Positions 31,159-39,346 of a DNA stretch of 64,000 nt are shown here, piece by piece. The stretch comes from a candidate division WOR-1 bacterium RIFOXYB2_FULL_37_13. Lineage in GTDB: Bacteria; Margulisbacteria; WOR-1; XYC2-FULL-46-14; XYC2-FULL-37-10. The DNA lies in contig MEUB01000036.1 of NCBI GenBank assembly GCA_001771535.1, positions 842-64,841 on the forward strand, written 5' to 3'. The position numbers were made by a program, and so were the translations under genes. Below the pieces are notes generated by a model, which made no database searches, had not been told where the DNA came from, and saw nothing but the letters and a program-made list of their open reading frames with translations. Position 1 is the stretch's first letter. Every line of letters starts with the position of its first letter.

Positions 31159-32022
31159 AAAATCCCCCCCCTCTAATATATTATCAAAATCTCTAATTAC
31201 TGTGTCTACTAAAAGGGGGGAGGGTCACATATCGTGACAGATCAATTACTTTCACCAAGACTAATCCAAGGAAAATTAATATCGGCGAAAGAAAACGCCC
31301 TGAACCTCAAGGCAAGCCAGGCTATATCCGCGTAGATACTGTGCATCAGGGCGATTCCGACAAACAAAAAGGGGTCTATTATATAAATACTGTCGACGAA
31401 GTTACCCAATGGCAGGCAATTGCCGCTGTAGAAAAAATATCTGAAACATATTTACTCGAGGCTCTCTTAGGCTTGCTCAATCAATTTCCATTTGAAATCA
31501 TTGAATTTCATAGCGACAATGGTTCAGAATACATCAACAGACAAGTCGCAGAACTTTTAAACAGACTTTTAATTAAACTTACGAAATCTCGAGCTAGACA
31601 CTGTAATGATAACGCTTTAGTAGAGTCAAAAAATGGGGCTGTAATTAGAAAATGGATGGGCTATGCTCATATTCCTCAGAAACATGCCCAAGACATCAAC
31701 AAATTCTTTAAAAAATATTTTAATTTATATTTAAACTACTACAGACCTTCTATTTTCCCTGAAATTGTATTTTCTGCAAAAAGAAAAGAGGTCAAAAAAT
31801 ACAGATATGAGAATACAATGACCCCTTTCGCAAAACTAAAATCCATTTTTGAATACAAAAAGTTCCTCAAAAAGAATACTTCCGTCGTTGACTTAGAATT
31901 GTTTTTAAGCAATGATAGTCCTAATGAGTTTGCTGAAAAGGTGGTGAAGGCTCAAGATTGTCTCTTTAATGGCATTTCTACCTAACCCTTTTTCAGGGAC
32001 ATTCTTGCATTAGAAAATACTC

Positions 32023-32274
32023 TCCCTTTTCACGAAGCTCCTGATCACTAACCAATGAAGTCCACAGAATCTTAAGAACAGAAATTATAAAAGGAAGAAA
32101 AATCAAGATCGACACAACAGGAATAGCTACGGGTAAAATATCACTCGGTCGCGAACCAAACCCCATAGCAACTCGGCTTCTATACATATCCAAAAAAACA
32201 GCTGGAATTATACCAAAAAAAGCAACGGTAAAAATAAAAATAGAAAAAATAATTATAAATTTTGCTGATCTCAT
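32023..32274 (-). pseudogene. N-terminal (2-TM) fragment of the IS-disrupted membrane-protein paralog
   Basis: First 84 codons match the intact paralog 32879..33739 (MRSxKF...SDQELREKG); last 9 codons come from the IS end. Confidence 0.6.
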
Positions 32275-32313
32275 CTCTCCACCTCAATAACAGCTTAAAT
32301 TAGGAGAAATGCT

Positions 32314-32341
32314 TTGTCAATAAAGGTTTAAGTAGTATAAT
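32314..32341 (+). promoter_or_regulatory. Sigma70-like promoter TTGTCA-16 bp-TATAAT for the 32372 gene, inside a conserved bidirectional promoter block
   Basis: Read directly; AAAGGAG RBS 8 nt before ATG 32372; the same ~60-bp block recurs at 33741-33810 and 22476-22545. Confidence 0.45.
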
Positions 32342-32371
32342 GCCTATACATTTAGTAAAAGGAGTTGTCAT

Positions 32372-32872
32372 ATGAATAAAGGTTTATTGATTGGCGTCAT
32401 AGTTTTGGGATTGATCGCATCTCTGTTTGTAGTCTTTAATTACAACTCAATGTTCGGTCTAGTCGTAGGTTTTATGACAGGGGGAGAAACTACTTGGAAC
32501 AACAATGCTTTAGGAACTAACCAGGGAGGCATAATTCACTTAGCCGCAATGCCGGGGAAAGGAATAAATCCCCCAAAACAGTTTCCAAAAGATTTACCTG
32601 TATATTCAAACAGTAAAATTATTACTCTGCATATAGATACAACACAAACTCCAAACTTGATCAATATAATAATGGAATCTGACGATGATGCAAATACAGT
32701 ACACAATTTTTATAAATCTGAAATGCAAAAGAATGGATGGGCGTTGAAAAGTGAAAATGGTTCAGTTTTTATGACAGATTGGACAAAAGACATCCGCAAA
32801 TTGAGCATTATGATATCTCAAGGCAAACGGGGAAATCCAAATACGCCAGGATGTTCTATAATGATTAATTAA
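32372..32872 (+). CDS. Small N-terminally membrane-anchored protein (166 aa), paralog of 28801..29226
   Basis: Paralogy plus RBS. Confidence 0.6.
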   Translation: MNKGLLIGVIVLGLIASLFVVFNYNSMFGLVVGFMTGGETTWNNNALGTNQGGIIHLAAMPGKGINPPKQFPKDLPVYSNSKIITLHIDTTQTPNLINIIMESDDDANTVHNFYKSEMQKNGWALKSENGSVFMTDWTKDIRKLSIMISQGKRGNPNTPGCSIMIN

Positions 32873-32878
32873 GCCTTA

Positions 32879-33739
32879 TTATATAGGCTTTTGTATACTT
32901 CCAGTCATAGCTATCATGACATGTGTTGGATCATTGTTGTCTATTTCACAAGGATATACAGCTCCCACTCTAATAAGTTGTAAGGCAACATCCGGCAAAG
33001 GCATCTCTTTATCAAGAACATATGGAGTTATTCCTTCTCCGGTTACCTCATATTTAAGAGAATAAACTTTTTGACCATTTTTTGTCTTTTCCGCATCGGC
33101 AAAACCCATTATCCTAGCCTGGCCTTTTTTTCCATTAACCACAACGCCTCGCTCCACATTCCCAGCAACCCCTAAATTTTGAAAATTTACAGGCATCCCT
33201 TGCATTATGGGTTGTCCTTGAAAATTTTGCGCAGTTCTTTTTTCTGAAGGATTAATATTCCAGGCATTTATAGCTACCCTTTTTGGGTTTTTTGGATCAA
33301 CCTTAACGGGGATAACGGCTCCCAACCGGATAAGAGAAAGCCCCATTAAAGGAACCATAAATTTGTCTTCTACAATATAAGGAGGCTGGTTTGAGGTCGA
33401 CACTTCCAGTTTCAGTTTCATCATCGGTTGATTGTTTATTTGCGTTCCGGTCTGAATAACCTCCAAAATTCGCGCTTGCCCGTCAACTCCTTTTTCACGA
33501 AGTTCTTGATCACTAAATATCATTTTCCAGATTATTTTAATAGGGCCAATCAAAGAAGGAATAACAAAAAAAATAATCGCAATAATAAATACTATCGGCA
33601 AAAAATCTATCGGACGCAAACTAAGTCCCATATCGACTCTACTTCTATAAATATTCAGAAAAACGGCCGGAAGAACACCAAAACAAACAACAATAAAAAC
33701 AAAAACAGAAGAAATAATTGCAAATTTTACTGATCTCAT
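32879..33739 (-). CDS. Membrane protein, intact paralog with 2 TM and two tandem copies of the C-terminal beta domain
   Basis: Motif xLxxVGAxxPxxxDxxxP appears twice; N-terminus MRSVKF... shared with the other paralogs. Confidence 0.7.
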   Translation of the reverse strand: MRSVKFAIISSVFVFIVVCFGVLPAVFLNIYRSRVDMGLSLRPIDFLPIVFIIAIIFFVIPSLIGPIKIIWKMIFSDQELREKGVDGQARILEVIQTGTQINNQPMMKLKLEVSTSNQPPYIVEDKFMVPLMGLSLIRLGAVIPVKVDPKNPKRVAINAWNINPSEKRTAQNFQGQPIMQGMPVNFQNLGVAGNVERGVVVNGKKGQARIMGFADAEKTKNGQKVYSLKYEVTGEGITPYVLDKEMPLPDVALQLIRVGAVYPCEIDNNDPTHVMIAMTGSIQKPI

Positions 33740-33777
33740 TTTTTCACCTCAATGACAGCTTAAAATAGTAGAACTGC

Positions 33778-33805
33778 TTTGTCAATAAGGGTTTAAGAAG
33801 TATAA
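33778..33805 (+). promoter_or_regulatory. Sigma70-like promoter TTGTCA-16 bp-TATAAT upstream of rsmH, second copy of the conserved bidirectional block
   Basis: Read directly; TATAAT ends 10 nt before the rsmH ATG. Confidence 0.45.
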
Positions 33806-33815
33806 TGTTTATTAT

Positions 33816-34715
33816 ATGGATACATTCCACCTGCCTGTAATGGCAAAAGAGATAGTTAATTTTCTCTCCCCTCTTAACGGAAAAACAATCGTCGATTGTA
33901 CGGTGGGTGGAGGGGGACACATCTCAAAACTAATATCCAATATCCAATTTCCAATTTCCAATGTCCAATGTCCAATGTCCAATTTCCACATCATAGCTAT
34001 CGACCAAGACCAGGAAGCTCTTGAGTTTGCTAAAAAACGATTGGCTAAATATGACAACATTGAATATATCCATGACAATTTTGGCAACTTGGCAAATATA
34101 ATAAAAGAGTCTGTTGATGCTTTTCTCTTTGATCTTGGCATTTCATCATACCAGATAGACCAGGCTTCCCGCGGTTTTAGCATACGATACGATGCGCCTC
34201 TTGATATGCGAATGGACAAAAGTAAACAGACATCCGCTCGCGAAATAATCCACAATTCAAGCGAGGATGAATTAGCGCAAATTTTCAAAGAGTATGGTGA
34301 AGAGCGGTTTTCAAGAAGAGTTGCCCGCGCGATTGTCTTGGAAAGAGACAAAAAAGAGATAAACACAACATTTGAGCTGAAAGATATAATAGAGAAAGCA
34401 ATCCCCACATGGAAAAAGAGAGAGTCTGTTACCCGCATATTCCAAGCACTCCGAATTGCTGTTAATTCAGAGCTTGATGTTTTAAAAAAAGCTCTGGAAT
34501 CAACAATCCCTTTACTTAAACCGGAAGGGAAAATAATCGTAATGTCGTATCATTCATTGGAAGATCGAATTGTTAAATGGTTTTTCAGAGATAAAGCTAA
34601 AAATGGTATACTTAATATACTTACAAAAAAGCCTGTTCTTGCGACAGAAGAAGAGACTGCAATTAATCCAAGGGCAAAAAGCGCTAAGTTGCGGTGCGCT
34701 GAAAAGAACAACTAA
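33816..34715 (+). CDS. rsmH: 16S rRNA (cytosine1402-N4)-methyltransferase
   Basis: GGGGH SAM-binding motif, DLGISSYQID motif; contains an in-frame heptamer-repeat insertion. Confidence 0.85.
   Translation: MDTFHLPVMAKEIVNFLSPLNGKTIVDCTVGGGGHISKLISNIQFPISNVQCPMSNFHIIAIDQDQEALEFAKKRLAKYDNIEYIHDNFGNLANIIKESVDAFLFDLGISSYQIDQASRGFSIRYDAPLDMRMDKSKQTSAREIIHNSSEDELAQIFKEYGEERFSRRVARAIVLERDKKEINTTFELKDIIEKAIPTWKKRESVTRIFQALRIAVNSELDVLKKALESTIPLLKPEGKIIVMSYHSLEDRIVKWFFRDKAKNGILNILTKKPVLATEEETAINPRAKSAKLRCAEKNN
33935..33990. repeat. Heptanucleotide tandem repeat, (NTCCAAT) x ~7.5 units, inside rsmH
   Basis: Read directly: ATCCAAT ATCCAAT TTCCAAT TTCCAAT GTCCAAT GTCCAAT GTCCAAT TTCCACA; translated in frame as [18 protein letters not shown]. 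Confidence 0.85.
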
Positions 34716-34716
34716 A

Positions 34717-35004
34717 ATGAAAAAAATAAACGACAAATCAAAATATATAATACTTTTAATAGTAATTTTATTTTTGGTTCTGCTTCATTTATACATTCAA
34801 ACAAAAAGCATTACATTAAAATATGAGGGTACAAATTTAAAAATAAAACTTAAAGATATAAAAATTAAAAACAGAATCCTAGCAAGCATGCTGGCAAAGG
34901 AAGAATCCCTGTATAGAATCGAAAAAAGAGCAAAAGAAGAACTCGGCATGTCTTACCCAAAAGATATCAATTACATAATAATCAGGGAGGAAAATAAAAA
35001 ATGA
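34717..35004 (+). CDS. FtsL/FtsB-like cell-division protein (single TM + coiled coil)
   Basis: Immediately follows rsmH as in dcw clusters; start trimmed to MKKIND (34717) just after the rsmH stop. Confidence 0.5.
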   Translation: MKKINDKSKYIILLIVILFLVLLHLYIQTKSITLKYEGTNLKIKLKDIKIKNRILASMLAKEESLYRIEKRAKEELGMSYPKDINYIIIREENKK

Positions 35005-36428
35005 CAGTCCGCACAAGATTTGCTCCAAGCCCCACAGGGGCGCTTCACGTGGGAGGAGCCCGCACCGCTTTGTTTAACTGGTTGTTCGCAAGAAGCCAGG
35101 GCGGAAAATTTATTTTAAGAGTTGAAGATACTGATCAACTCCGATCGACAGATGAAGCTGTAAAAGCAATATATGACGGGATGGACTTTTTAGGCCTTGA
35201 TTGGGACGAAGGACCAAAAGCAGACGGCAGTTTTGGACCATACATGCAAACCGAGCGGCTGCATATTTACAAAGAATATGCCGATAAGCTACTAAAAGAA
35301 GGAAAAGCTTACTATTGTTTTTGTACAACCGAAGAATTGAATAAACAACGAAAAGAAGCGGCAGAAAAAAAAGAAGCTCCAAAATACAACAAGACATGCA
35401 CTAAACTTACGCAGGAAGAAGTACAAAACAGAATAAAAAACGGCCTTCCTTATGTTATAAGATTTGCAATGCCCGAATCAGAAAAAATAGAAATAGACGA
35501 TTTAATAAGAGGAAAAGTTGTCTTTGAAAGCGACCTGCTTGATGATTTTGTCATTATGAAATCGGATGGTTTTCCAACTTACAACTTTGCGGCAGTAGTA
35601 GACGACCACCTGATGCAAATAACCCACATTATCCGTGGAGATGATCATCTGTCAAATACGCCAAGGCAGATTGCCCTTTATGAAGCATTTGCTTTTGAAC
35701 TTCCCAAATTTGCGCATATCCCTATGATTTTGGGAAATGATAAAAAAAGATTATCAAAACGCCATGGTGCAACATCAGTTATTGCTTACAAAGACATGGG
35801 GTATCTACCGGAAGCAATGATAAATTATTTAGCGCGGCTTGGATGGGGACACAAGGATGAAGAAATATTTTCAAGGGAAGAGCTTCTTAAAATGTTCTCA
35901 TTGGATGGAGTTACAAAAAATCCCGCAGTTTTTGATGTTGAAAAATTAAACTGGCTGAATGGGCAATATATAAGAAAAGCCATTCCTGAAAGGATTGTAG
36001 ATTTTTGCGAACCTCTTTTGATAAACGCATATGGAGATCACGACATAAAACACATTTCAAAAATAGTGAGCCTCTTTTTAGACAGGCTTGTTGTTATTCC
36101 CGACATTGTAGAATTGACAGAATATTTTTTTAAAGATAATTTCACATTTACAGAAAAGGCTTTAAATAATTTAAAAAAAGAAGGGGCGCTCCAAATTTTA
36201 AAAGAGCTAAAAGAGAAAATTTCAAATGCTGAATCTTTCAACAAAGAGGAACTTGAGAAGGCTTTTAAAGGTCTTGCGGCGGAAAAAGGGGTAAAACTCG
36301 GAGTAATTATTCACCCCTGCCGCGCCGCTATAACCGGCCGGACAGAATCTCCCGGAATTTACGATGTTATAGAGGTTCTAGGCAAAGAAAAAGTTTTGGA
36401 GAGGATTGATAAGGCGTTGGTTAGTTGA
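35001..36428 (+). CDS. gltX: Glutamyl-tRNA synthetase
   Basis: FAPSPTGALHVGGARTALFNW (HIGH region) and RLSKRHG (KMSKS) motifs. Confidence 0.95.
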   Translation: MTVRTRFAPSPTGALHVGGARTALFNWLFARSQGGKFILRVEDTDQLRSTDEAVKAIYDGMDFLGLDWDEGPKADGSFGPYMQTERLHIYKEYADKLLKEGKAYYCFCTTEELNKQRKEAAEKKEAPKYNKTCTKLTQEEVQNRIKNGLPYVIRFAMPESEKIEIDDLIRGKVVFESDLLDDFVIMKSDGFPTYNFAAVVDDHLMQITHIIRGDDHLSNTPRQIALYEAFAFELPKFAHIPMILGNDKKRLSKRHGATSVIAYKDMGYLPEAMINYLARLGWGHKDEEIFSREELLKMFSLDGVTKNPAVFDVEKLNWLNGQYIRKAIPERIVDFCEPLLINAYGDHDIKHISKIVSLFLDRLVVIPDIVELTEYFFKDNFTFTEKALNNLKKEGALQILKELKEKISNAESFNKEELEKAFKGLAAEKGVKLGVIIHPCRAAITGRTESPGIYDVIEVLGKEKVLERIDKALVS

Positions 36429-36473
36429 TGATTAAATTGATAATTAGGTTGATGATTAGCAAAGCGTTTATTT

Positions 36474-38045
36474 TTAAACATGATAATCCTGCAACGCTTT
36501 CACACTAAAGCCTTTTTTCTTGAACGATTCAAGGCCGTTTACAGTCGCACGGGCTCCCGAGAGGGTCGTAACGATTGGGATCATGCGCATGATGACTTCT
36601 GACCTGATTTTTGATTCGTCTACTTTTGTCTTTTTGTCTCCGGGAGTGTTTATGACAAGCTTAATTTCGTTGTTTTTTATAAGATCCAAAATGTCGGGCC
36701 TGCCCTCCCCCAGTTTTTCAACAACTTCAACCTCCAAGCTGTTCTTTCGCAAAACATCGGCGGTTCCTGATGTTGAAACAATTTTGTAGCCCAAAGTATC
36801 TATCCGTTTTGCAAACCCCACTATCGAACGCTTGTGCTTATCATCAACAGAGATAAATATTTTCCCTTCCATTGGAAGCTTTTGCCCTGCCGCAATTTGA
36901 GCTTTCATATAAGCAAGCCCCAAATCAGGATCAATTCCCATAACCTCTCCGGTCGACTTCATTTCGGGACCAAGAACTGGATCAACCCCAGGAAAACGAC
37001 TAAATGGAAAAACAGCCTCTTTAACAGAAAAATAAGAAGGAATAACTTCTTTTTCAATGCCAAGCTCTTTTAAAGTTTTTCCGATCATAACTTTTGTAGC
37101 AATTTTTGCCCATGGGATCCCTGTCGCTTTGCTTACAAATGGAACAGTTCGAGAGGCTCTCGGATTTACCTCAAGAACATAGAGAATATCCCCTTTTACC
37201 GCATATTGTATGTTCATCAAGCCGACAACGTTTAATTCTTTAGCAAGAGCGTGTGTCGCTTTGCGGATTTTATCCAACATAGTTTTTGAAAGGGAAAAAG
37301 TGGGTAGTGCGCAAGCAGAATCGCCTGAATGGATTCCAGCTTCTTCTATATGCTCCATGACACCGCAAATCACAGTCTCTTTACCGTCTGATACGCTATC
37401 AACATCAACTTCTATTGCGTCTTCTACAAATTTATCGACTAATATAGGCCTTTCTGGAGAAGCTATCACCGCTTTATTCATGTATTCTTCAAGATCTGCG
37501 TCATCATAAACAATCATCATCGCCCGACCACCCAAAACATAAGAAGGCCTAACAATAATAGGGAATCCTATCTCTTCAGCCACTTTTTGAGCCTCAATAA
37601 AAGAGATAGCTGTCCCGTTTGGCGGCTGGGTAAGTTTTAATTTTTTAAGAAGGACTTGAAATAATTTTCGGTCTTCTGCCCTATCTATGGAATCTACAGA
37701 AGTTCCGAGAATAGGCACTCCCGCCTTGTCAAGCCGCCATGATAAGTTGAGCGGGGTTTGCCCTCCAAATTGGACAATAACGCCTGTGGGGTTTTCTTTT
37801 TGCACTACATGGAGAACGTCTTCATATGTTAAAGGCTCAAAATAAAGCCGGTCTGAAGTATCAAAATCGGTGGAAACCGTTTCGGGGTTTGAGTTTATCA
37901 TAATAGCTTCATACCCCTCTTCTTTTAAAGCAAAAGAAGCGTGGCAGCAACAGTAATCAAATTCAATCCCCTGCCCTATGCGATTGGGTCCTCCACCTAA
38001 AACGATAACCCTTTTTTGATTTTGCAGGGGGGAGTAATTGGACAT
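36474..38045 (-). CDS. carB: Carbamoyl-phosphate synthase large subunit, C-terminal half only (second ATP-grasp + MGS-like domain); split carB
   Basis: Begins at the second-half motif VIVLGGGPNRIGQGIEFDYCC; the N-terminal half is absent from the adjacent DNA. Confidence 0.85.
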   Translation of the reverse strand: MSNYSPLQNQKRVIVLGGGPNRIGQGIEFDYCCCHASFALKEEGYEAIMINSNPETVSTDFDTSDRLYFEPLTYEDVLHVVQKENPTGVIVQFGGQTPLNLSWRLDKAGVPILGTSVDSIDRAEDRKLFQVLLKKLKLTQPPNGTAISFIEAQKVAEEIGFPIIVRPSYVLGGRAMMIVYDDADLEEYMNKAVIASPERPILVDKFVEDAIEVDVDSVSDGKETVICGVMEHIEEAGIHSGDSACALPTFSLSKTMLDKIRKATHALAKELNVVGLMNIQYAVKGDILYVLEVNPRASRTVPFVSKATGIPWAKIATKVMIGKTLKELGIEKEVIPSYFSVKEAVFPFSRFPGVDPVLGPEMKSTGEVMGIDPDLGLAYMKAQIAAGQKLPMEGKIFISVDDKHKRSIVGFAKRIDTLGYKIVSTSGTADVLRKNSLEVEVVEKLGEGRPDILDLIKNNEIKLVINTPGDKKTKVDESKIRSEVIMRMIPIVTTLSGARATVNGLESFKKKGFSVKALQDYHV

Positions 38046-38147
38046 ATAAGCATCCTACCAGATTGCGCCATTGCCAGTCAAGATTCGCTTGACAACATAT
38101 AAGCTCAAACAATATACTTAAGGCAATTAAACAAGGAGGGAAAAAGA

Positions 38148-38633
38148 ATGAAAAAATTTGTTATGCTGCTATCTATTTTTGTCGCTGGGGTTATTGTTTT
38201 GGGTTTACCGGTATCTGCCGCATGGAGAGGCACTGAAGGAAGAGAAGCTACGAGGCGAACCGTTGGGAAAGCTGCTGTAAAAGAATCTGGAAAAACAACA
38301 GAAGATATCAGAGGAAGATCAGGGAGAACTGAAGGAAGAAGAGCTGTTGGAAAAGCAGCTGTAAAACAGTCCGGGAAAACAACAGAAGATATCAGAGGCG
38401 TTGAAGGAAGACAGGAGACAAGAAGAACCACCAGTAAAGCGATTCTTAAAGAATCTGGAAAAACAACAGAAGATATCAGAGGAAGATCAGGGAGAACTGA
38501 AGGAAGAAGAGCTGTTGGAAAAGCAGCTGTAAAACAGTCAGGGAAAACAACAGAAGAGATAAGAGGGGTTGAAGGAAGACAAGAATTCAGACAAGAGGTA
38601 GGCAAAGACGTCTACGAAGAGACAAAAGAATAA
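38148..38633 (+). CDS. Secreted repeat protein (161 aa) made of 28-aa tandem repeats
   Basis: Signal peptide; ~4.5 repeats of GRSGRTEGRRAVGKAAVKQSGKTTEDIR-type units. Confidence 0.65.
   Translation: MKKFVMLLSIFVAGVIVLGLPVSAAWRGTEGREATRRTVGKAAVKESGKTTEDIRGRSGRTEGRRAVGKAAVKQSGKTTEDIRGVEGRQETRRTTSKAILKESGKTTEDIRGRSGRTEGRRAVGKAAVKQSGKTTEEIRGVEGRQEFRQEVGKDVYEETKE
38229..38606. repeat. 84-bp tandem repeat array (A-B-C-B-C' pattern; a 168-bp near-perfect direct repeat)
   Basis: Read directly; units abut without spacers and the array is in frame within the CDS. Confidence 0.7.
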
Positions 38634-38661
38634 AAGAACTTAGCGTTATGATGATAAAAAA

Positions 38662-38690
38662 GGCCGGCTTAAAAGCTGGCCTTTTTATTT
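38662..38690 (+). terminator. Rho-independent terminator (GGCCGGC-ttaaaa-GCTGGCC + TTTTTATTT)
   Basis: 7-bp GC-rich stem with one G-U pair followed by a T-run, 29 nt after the repeat-protein stop. Confidence 0.55.
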
Positions 38691-38715
38691 GATAAAATGG
38701 TATAATAGTATCGTT

Positions 38716-39342
38716 ATGAAAAAGCTGATTTTGTTTGTATTGCTATTTTGTTTTTCTTCCGCATGTATTGCTATTACTCCTGCTGACACGCAATATGCAA
38801 ATGAATTAAAATATAAGCGAAATAAGATAGAAATTCTCGTAAAAAAGAGATTTGTTAAAGAGGACTCAGGGTATTCGTCAACTAATTATTCCGCAACAAC
38901 CTACACGCAGGAAGCATATTCGACCACCTGGGGTTATGGGGCGACAACATCAAATCAACGGTCAGAAGTAAAAGAGATAGAAGACTGGATTATAGTTAAA
39001 GGAGGTATTCGAAATCTTTCAGACGATGAATTCCTCTCTATTATAGGAAAACCACGGGAAGCCATTGAAATAAAAGAAAAAGAAGAACACAAAGGAAGAA
39101 TCAGGCTGGCAGGCAATGTTATAAGCTTATTGGGCATAGGATATATGCTGATGGCCGCCGGAACCGGAAATTCTTCGGCATCAATTTCCGCAGGAGGAGT
39201 TGTTACAGCTATTGGTTTTTTAATCAGCGCGTTTAATTCTTCCCAAAAACATTATTTAAATCCTGACTATGCTCAGGAAGAAGCAGATAATTACAATATT
39301 AACCTTAAAAAAGAGCTCAATCTGCCTATCAACTTCGAATAG
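38716..39342 (+). CDS. Putative lipoprotein (unknown function)
   Basis: MKKLILFVLLFCFSSAC lipobox-like signal. Confidence 0.55.
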   Translation: MKKLILFVLLFCFSSACIAITPADTQYANELKYKRNKIEILVKKRFVKEDSGYSSTNYSATTYTQEAYSTTWGYGATTSNQRSEVKEIEDWIIVKGGIRNLSDDEFLSIIGKPREAIEIKEKEEHKGRIRLAGNVISLLGIGYMLMAAGTGNSSASISAGGVVTAIGFLISAFNSSQKHYLNPDYAQEEADNYNINLKKELNLPINFE

Positions 39343-39346
39343 TTAA

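Larger units (their letters stand above)
29972..31227 (-). mobile_element. IS3-family insertion sequence (1256 bp) nested in the outer IS transposase
   Basis: Ends TGATCTTCCCCCC...GGGGGAGGGTCA form inverted repeats (TGA...TCA termini); 3-bp CAT direct repeat; orfA/orfB with ATGA overlap. Confidence 0.8.
29485..31985 (+). pseudogene. rve-type (integrase-core DDE) transposase of the outer IS, interrupted by the IS3-family element
   Basis: N-part 29485-29971 and C-part 31231-31985 rejoin in frame (KTTT|YRDRSITF) once the insert and one CAT copy are removed; D..D..E context RVDTVHQGD / HSDNGSEY / NALVESKNG. Confidence 0.65.
29403..32018 (+). mobile_element. Insertion sequence (outer IS), ~1.36 kb without the nested element; ~30-bp imperfect terminal IRs containing TCTAATGCAAGA(A)TGTCCCTGAA
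   Basis: IR at 29403-29434 (with a partial second copy at 29445-29468) matches the reverse complement of 31992-32018; flanking target CTCC(C) is duplicated; it splits a paralog gene. Confidence 0.6.

Noticed and set aside
33935-33990. Possible CRISPR array (short direct repeats) here and at 38229..38606
   Set aside because: The units are contiguous tandem repeats (7 bp and 84 bp) with no unique spacers. They lie in frame within coding sequences, and no cas genes are present.
38105-38605. 166-aa minus-strand ORF overlapping the repeat-protein gene
   Set aside because: It arises because the 84-bp tandem repeats keep the antisense frame open. The plus-strand gene has a signal peptide and a terminator, so the minus-strand ORF is taken as spurious.
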